Origin: Octopus bimaculoides | Lineage: Eukaryota | NCBI RefSeq assembly: GCF_001194135.2 | Contig: NC_069004.1 | Location: 20,802,003-20,846,145 of the forward strand | Reading direction: 5' to 3' | DNA: 44,143 nt | Shown: positions 37,401 to 44,143 of the stretch, one piece after another | Position numbering within the stretch: the first letter of the stretch is position 1 | How the letters are laid out: every line of letters begins with the position of its first letter | The notes under the pieces: model-generated | Seen by the model: only the letters and a program-made list of their open reading frames with translations | Databases searched by the model: none | Told to the model about the DNA's origin: nothing | Position numbers and translations under genes: made by a program

Positions 37401-38158
37401 TGCTTTATTATGTGTCTGGTTTACTAGAGCAAGACAGACAGTTATTATGAGGATGGTGTCATTCACCACTCTCATAGTACTTGAAGACTGACAATGATTA
37501 ATCGAGTGTCTGAAGAGATTCCATGCCTTCTTGTGTTATGTTCACATCTCTTTACGAGTTCAAATGTTGTTAATGTGACATCTTTCATATTTTGGGAGAC
37601 TAGAATAAAGTACCATTTGTATACTAAGGTCATCTCTCTTGATCTGGCCCTTAAGTTTGATATCTTTATAAGTGAGGGCAGTGGGTGGCATTATCCATGG
37701 AGTGTTGGACAAAATGCTTTGTGGTATTTAATTATAACCCTGAGTTCAAATTTTGTCAGGGTTGACTTTGTCTTCTTCCATCTTTCAGTCAAGTACCAAG
37801 GTTGGTACTCCCTGTTAAATTTTTGGACCTTGTGCTAGTCTTAGAAGTTAAGCATGGCTGTTTGGTTAAGAACCTCACTTTGCAAGTACATGGTTTCAGG
37901 TTCAGTCCCGCTGCACAGTACCTTGGACAGATGTTTTCTGTCGTAGCCCCATCTTGTGAGTGAATTTGGTATTTGTGTGTGTCTGTGTTTGTTCTCCTCC
38001 TGCTTGATAACCAGCATTGGTTTGTTTATGTCCCTGTAACTTAGCAGTTTAGCATCAAAGACCAATAGAATAAGTACCAGAGAAGATGATTTTATGTTCA
38101 ATTGTGTTGTAAGTTAATTTCATTTGCATTTTCCTATTTCTGTTATTTCTACTTTTAG

Positions 38159-38251
38159 TCCATGCAGGCGAAAACAAGCAAGACTATGTAACATATATAC
38201 CTGATAATCCAGATCTCACAGAAAATGGAAATGGTGTCACAATTAAATCAG
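38159..38251 (+). CDS. SLC20A1: SLC20 cytoplasmic-loop exon (93 bp, phase 1-1)
   Basis: acttttag|TC...TCAG|gtaaga. Open in the required phase: (I)HAGENKQDYVTYIPDNPDLTENGNGVTIKS. Not in the ORF track. Confidence 0.8.
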
Positions 38252-39138
38252 GTAAGAATTACATTTCCCATAAGGAGCTGTCAAATCAGTTATCATTGGT
38301 GGGTATTCTTATTTATTCTTCATTTCTTTTGGAATAAATTAAAAAGAAATAATTCACATCAGGATCAGACAATGCAGTGGTAAATGCTGGCATCACTTAC
38401 AAACATTTATGAAATAAATATTAGTGATGGGAGCAGTATTACTACTGAATGGCAATCTTTAAATCCTACCAAACATAGATGTATTATTAGAATGTCAAAT
38501 ACTGTGGTATTTACCTTGAGAGGTCTTTTCATATAGACATATGGTGCTAAGATGAGATTCAACTGGTATGGATGCCAGAACTGCTAGCTGCCACAGAAAA
38601 AGTGCAGTAGACTGAAATCAAGTGATCTGGCAGGTCTACCACCCATAGCAGATGATTTTCAGCTGCTATACAATGTCTGTATGAAAAAACTTTAGTATAA
38701 TATTTGCAAATTAACAATTTTAAAAATAAATAAAATAAAATGAAAAAATATATATCTGTAAAGCTAGAGCATCCCAATGCTACACATATATATATCTGAA
38801 CATTTGTAGAGATGAGCCACATTTGGAATAAAAAATGCAAATTCTCCACTTTACCTTCAAACATTCAATTATGGAGAGAATCCCTTGATGAAGTGTGTGT
38901 GTGTGTGCTTGGGAACATGTCCATGTTTATGCTGTGTAACTTCGATCATGCCTCTTTCAATTTCATGTTTTTTGCATTAGAGAACATTAGTATAACATTT
39001 ACAAATTGTACTGTCTCCGCTTTTCTTTCAAGCATTCAATTTTGGAGAGAATTTTTTGATGAAATGTAGTTCCATTGCTTTTCAGTATTGCAGATTGTCC
39101 CATGCACATTTGTAAAAGGGAAAAATTTTGAATTTTCT

Positions 39139-39402
39139 TATTCACCCAATCTTGCTCTCTGCAACTTTTTTTGTTCCTCTGGATGAGAAAAGTCTTTAAA
39201 GGAAAACATTTTGCTGATGTGGAAGAGGTGAAGAAGAAAAAAAAAAACAACGGGGATGTTAAAAAGTATCACTTCGCAAGAGTTCCAGGACTGCTTCAAA
39301 CAGTGGAAAACGCATCTAGATTGATGCATTGCTTCAAATGGAAAATACTTTGAAGGTGATAAAAGTATAAATATTGCAAAATTTCTTTTGGGTACCCCCT
39401 TG
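39139..39402 (+). mobile_element. Mariner transposase C-terminal remnant with right TIR
   Basis: YSPNLA..FF..KVFKGKHFADVEEVK..FQDCFKQWKTHLD*CIASNGKYFEGD, ending ttttgggtacccccttg|TA. Confidence 0.85.
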
Positions 39403-39547
39403 TACATATATATATATATATATACTCTACATCAAACCAAAGAGTTTTATCTGTTTATTTGCATCATTGTCTCTCTATATATATGTATGTGTGTGTAAAT
39501 ATATATCCTGTTTACAAAGCCACTATATTTTATCTTTTTTTTAACAG

Positions 39548-39588
39548 ATGTTGAAAATGGTGACTTGGCTGAGAATGGAAATTATGCT
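39548..39588 (+). CDS. SLC20A1: SLC20 cytoplasmic-loop small exon (41 bp, phase 1-0)
   Basis: tttttttaacag|AT...GCT|gtaagt. Encodes (D)VENGDLAENGNYA and continues the frame of the previous exon. Confidence 0.75.
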
Positions 39589-39728
39589 GTAAGTTGAGAC
39601 AACTTTGGTTTATTTTTCTGCTTATTTCTTTATTCATTCTTTGTACATTGCTGTAATTGTCTAGATATTGAACTAATGTAATACATATACACTCATAACT
39701 ATGGATGTTTGTATTATGTTAGGGTGTA

Positions 39729-40537
39729 CGAGGTCTGATCAACAAGTAGCTAAAGCATGCAGAGTGAAGCCATTTGGCACAAATTGACTTTGGACTCTGC
39801 TATGCATGTGCATTAAGTTTTAACGTTCTAGCTCACTTCCACTGTTTACAGCAGTGCTTGGAAGGAATGTGTGTAGCATGTGATCATCCTATTGACCATG
39901 ACAGATAAATTTGTCATGGCGATACCTGCTCAGAGGCCTACGTAAAGTTGCAGAAAGTGTATGGAGAGGAGTATATGAGCTGCAAACACAAGTGTAGGAG
40001 TGGTTCAAGTGTTTCCAAGATGGCTGAAAAAATGTTGATATTGATGAGACTTGCAACCAGCAGAACTGAGAAAAACATCATAGGTGTGTGCAGCTGTGAG
40101 TGGAAATTATTGAAACACCATCTGTGAGTTATCAGAGGATGTGCAGATTAGTTACGATTCAGTTCAGTCCATTGTCACTGAAGAATTGGGTATGAGATGC
40201 ATGTCTGCCAAGTTTGTGCCAAAACTGCTTTCAGCTGACCAAAAAGACACTCAGGTTTCAGTTGCACAAAATCTCTTTGATCATGTCAAGAATGATAAAA
40301 ACTTTTTGAAAACTTTGCGTAGGCCTCTGAGCAGGTATCATCAAGCTTTTGGCTAATTTGATACAGATTCTCTGCTCAACTTTCTGTCATGGTCTCACTG
40401 CAATGATCACACACTACACACCTTCCTTCTAAGCACTGCTATAAACAGTGGAAGTAAGCTAAAATGGTAAAACTTAGTGTGCATGTTTTATCTTCATTAA
40501 TATAGCAGCAGTCCGGATACTTATTGATCAGACCACG
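39729..40537 (+). mobile_element. Internally deleted mariner element with both TIRs and TA TSD
   Basis: TA|cgaggtctgatcaacaagta ... tacttattgatcagaccacg|TA. HTH remnant EELGMRCMSAKFVPKLLS. Confidence 0.9.
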
Positions 40538-40668
40538 TATATGTTGGACATGCTTTCTATGTACCTTTTTAAACTTTATGGCTATGTAGTTAAGATAATC
40601 ATGTTCAAATTTATCCTGTCATAATGTTCAGTGTGTCTCCTTATATCAGCAGCAATCATAGACATTTT

Positions 40669-40700
40669 GCTCTCTCTCTCTTTCTTTCTCTCTCTCTCTT

Positions 40701-40743
<43 letters not shown>
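40669..40743. repeat. (CT)n microsatellite
   Basis: Direct reading. Confidence 0.95.
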
Positions 40744-40747
<4 letters not shown>

Positions 40748-41814
40748 GTGTCAGTCAGTCATGCTAAGGGTGGCGACCTCTCAAAGAAAGAACTCAATTG
40801 CAGAAATAGAAAAGTCATCTGTCTGATGATAGTCAGATTCTTTGAGGGTGGGAAAATATGAGCTGAGCCTATTTCTGTTGACATGTTATATCAATACACA
40901 TGAATGACATGGCACAAGAGAAAGAAAAACAAAACAAAAAGGTGTCATATCTTTTATTTCTTTCAGTCAATTGGAAACCACTTTGAAACCGGACTGCTAA
41001 GTTATGAGGACATAAAGAAATCAGTACTTGTTACCAAGTGGTAGTGGCGGAGGTGGGGGGGGCAAACACAAAGATGTGCACATACATATGTGTATGTGTG
41101 TGTAGAGCATTTAAATTTGAACTGCTATTAGTTTCATGCTGTGGAAGAGATATATAACCAAAAACATACTATGTAGCCAAAAAAATACTAAGAAATATTA
41201 ATAGAATTTTGGAGACTACTCAACTACAGTAATGAGCAAATAGTGGCAATGTTATAGATTGGTTTAGGAATACAAAAGATAAGCATTACAACTAGATTTA
41301 CACAATTAGATAATGTAGATTTTTATCTTTCAATATCAAGATCATTAATGAATAAGGCATTTGAGTTTGCTAAAAATTATATCAATATTCACTATACAGA
41401 CCTTTACTTTTTCATGAACATGTGAAAAACTCATCCCTTCAGTTTAGGTTCAGCACAAGTAAAAAAACATCTGAAACAGATAAATTGTTTGATCTCTTTA
41501 ATAGGATTGTGTGACTTCTTATATTTGTGATCTAGTAGATCTCTTTATATTAGATACACAAATCTAAGTTCCCAGGCCATGACATTAGGCATATCTTATG
41601 GCTGATAAATTTAGTCAATTAGGTCTGAAAATGACTGTAACCACTAATCTCGCTAAAGTTGATTTCTTAGATGCTTTCTTATACCTAAACTTATTCTCTT
41701 ATAAGCCTATCATAAACAATGTAAAATCTCATGTGTATACATAAACAGTCCTGTCACCTGCCCAGATATATATATATATATAAATATATCTTTCGAGCAT
41801 TGAGCCTGACAGAC

Positions 41815-42265
41815 GCAAAGTGACTGAGTTCCTTTCGAGTAATGGGCCACATGGAGGCAAAGTGGCTGAGTTCCTTTCGAGTGGGCCTCATAGAGGCAAA
41901 GTGACTGAGTTCCTTTCGAGTAATGGGCCACATGGAGGTAAAGTGGCTGAGTTCCTTTCGAGTAATGGGCCACATGGAGGCAAAGTGACTGAGTTCCTTT
42001 CGAGTAATGGACCACATGGAGGCAAAGTGGCTGAGTTCCTTTCGAGTGGGCCTCATAGAGGCAAAGTGGCTGAGTTCCTTTCGAGTGGGCCTCATAGAGG
42101 CAAAGTGGCTGAGGTCCTTTCGAGTGGGCCTCATAGAGGCAAAGTGGGTGAGTTCCTTTCGAGTGTTGGGCCTCACAAAGGCAAGGTGGCTGAGTTCCTT
42201 TTGAGCAGGCTTCATGAAGGTGAGGTAGCTGAGTTCCTTTCGAGTGTTGAGCCTCATGGTGGCTC
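41815..42265 (+). repeat. 39/42-bp minisatellite (about 11 units) within an RTE 3' UTR
   Basis: Unit gcaaagtggctgagttcctttcgagt(aat)gggcc(a/t)cat(g/a)gag. Homologous to about 2.5 units at 27340-27445 (reversed). Followed by the RTE terminus and (GAT)n at 42270-42342. Confidence 0.9.
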
Positions 42266-43480
42266 AGTCAAACCATCCAGTCAAACCATCCAACCCATGC
42301 CAGCATGGACAATGGATGTTAATTGATGATGATGATGATGATAATGAAATTAAAATCAGAACAAAGATTTGCATATCCAAGTTTTGTTTTACAGTTAATC
42401 ACATCTTTCTTTGTCAAGACCTATGCATGTTTCTACTGCAAGCTGGTGCACACTGTTAAATGTGCAACTTGGTGTTAATTATTGGTGCAGCTTCATCAGG
42501 GTCTGGTTTAAACTGTTGGTTGGATATCATCTGAACATCTGAAAAGAGTATAAGCTTGACCATTTTTATTCTCTATGGACACTATGCAGTCTTTATAAGG
42601 ACCTTTGGATTTACCAAGTAATGATTAACCGAGCATAGTAAATTATACACAACTGGAGTTTCTCTACATTCACTGTGGTTAGCCAAACTGATAAGAGTGA
42701 ATACGGTATATATATATATATAATGAAGAGTACCAGAAAGTATCACGATTGCTAGATGTAAGAGACAAAACAACTCAAAACTACAACAGTTATCACTTAT
42801 ACACACTGGTGAATTCAAAGAAACAAATAAATAGAAAAGCCAACTTACCAATAGTAAGTGAAAATCACACATGAGATTTGCCGATGTACTCATATCACAT
42901 GATTTCGAACTCTGTGATAAACACTTAGTTCTCATCATTGAGTAATACTGCCAAGGGCTAAAGATATGCATGTCACCATGTATGTATTGGCCATTTGAAT
43001 GCAACACCAAATTTAAAGATGAGTGAAGTGAATGAAATTATAAAAAATATATAAAGATATTATTATTAGTAAATAATAATAATATAAGTGGCTAGCAAGC
43101 ATAAAAATAACCATAAAAGTAAAATTCTAGCAATGCTGGTACTATCTGGTACCCTTGATTATAAATTAGTATTTGTAGATATATATATATATAATTTTAT
43201 TTAAAAGAGTTCCAACTCTGTCTCTTTTTTTTGTTTTATTTATATTCTTGTAAAATTAATGTGGGATATAGACTATGGAATACATAATATAAAAATAGAT
43301 GGTACAATGAAATGAAGTATTAAATGTCTTATTGAATATATGAAATATATCTTATTGAATATATGAAATATTGAGTGTTCAATATAAAGAATTAAATATA
43401 TAAAGGTGAACACGTATTTTCATACCTTGTGGTATTCATCAAGCCTTCGTCTGACAGACTGTAACAGTCTGTTACAGTCA

Positions 43481-43882
43481 CTTAATTACACCACATGTGG
43501 TCTTTTTTCCTTTGAACCTGTTTTCTAGGCTAGAAAATACCTTGTCCAAAGTGGAAGGCAGTGTGATTGAATGCAGAAGTACAGGATTGCAAAGCAAACT
43601 TCATAATGACACAGCATGTCATGTCATACTCAAGCTAAGCAAAGTAGAAATCTAAATAATAGAGGTGGATAGTGAAACTGAAGAAGAAAATGAACACTTG
43701 GGAGAGACATTAGTGTTGAATCAGCTATGTAATTTGTTTTCTGTGTAAAAAGTTATTTTCATTCTCTTCACTCCACATCACTTCATATATGTTGCTGCAA
43801 AAGTTACACGTTTTGTGCTTGAGTCACTCTAAGGTAATGTGTGTGTGCATATAATATCTGGTTTTGTTAGGTGAGAGGAGAG
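43481..43882 (-). repeat. Copy 2 of the near-identical inverted duplication
   Basis: Reverse complement of 34993-35404. Confidence 0.95.
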
Positions 43883-43890
43883 GTTGGTCA

Positions 43891-44143
43891 CCCGCACAAG
43901 AGCCAGTCCAGGGTCACCGGCAACGATCTCGCTCCAAAGATTTCATGTGTTGCCCGCACATGAGCCAGTCCAGGGGCACCGGCAGTGATCTCGCTCGAAA
44001 AACCTCATGTGTCACCCACACAAGAGCCGGCCCAGGGGCGTCGCCCGCACATGAGCCAGTCCAGGGGCACTGGCAACGATCCCGCTCAAAAGATTTCATG
44101 TGTTGCCCGCACATGAGCCAGTCCAGGGGCACCGGCAGCGATC
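43891..44143 (-). repeat. 62-bp GC-rich minisatellite running off the window edge
   Basis: Unit starts at 43891, 43953, 44015 (29-bp partial), 44044 and 44106. Confidence 0.92.

Noticed and set aside
41754-42326. Long repetitive ORFs on both strands, or a CRISPR-like array
   Set aside because: Head-to-tail 39/42-bp minisatellite with no unique spacers; ORFs stay open only because units are multiples of three.
42582-43010. 142-aa minus-strand ORF
   Set aside because: No recognisable domain, includes a (TA)n-derived stretch, and lacks coherent splice support.
34993-43882. Inverted pair as TIRs of a 9-kb transposon that captured exons
   Set aside because: No TSD or transposase, and the enclosed exons are colinear and in frame with the host gene.
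43891-44143. 62-bp unit as a tandem hammerhead (cacatga..gctcgaaa..tcatgtg)
   Set aside because: No CUGANGA box; better explained as an RTE UTR repeat.

Overview
AT-rich, repeat-dense animal DNA, most likely an Octopus-type coleoid cephalopod (inferred from the recognisable SINE/RTE/Penelope families and microsatellite load). One host gene crosses the window on the + strand: five internal exons (444 bp, about 1% of the window) of an SLC20/PiT Na+-phosphate cotransporter, with frame-compatible GT-AG junctions. The rest is intron filled with decayed mobile DNA: Tx1/L1-like, RTE, R4/Dong-like and Penelope retroelements, tRNA-derived SINEs, mariner and piggyBac-type elements, a long-TIR element, VNTRs, and a 259-N gap. 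Best leads: (1) a near-intact minimal hammerhead ribozyme in a non-coding 357-bp-period retrozyme/pLTR-like element; (2) further hammerhead relics in Penelope ends; (3) a near-identical ~410-bp inverted duplication bracketing two small exons; (4) a Penelope copy with a twin-priming-like inversion and a fold-back palindrome. All alignments were done by eye, so repeat boundaries are approximate. Most ORFs in the supplied track are spurious or transposon fragments.
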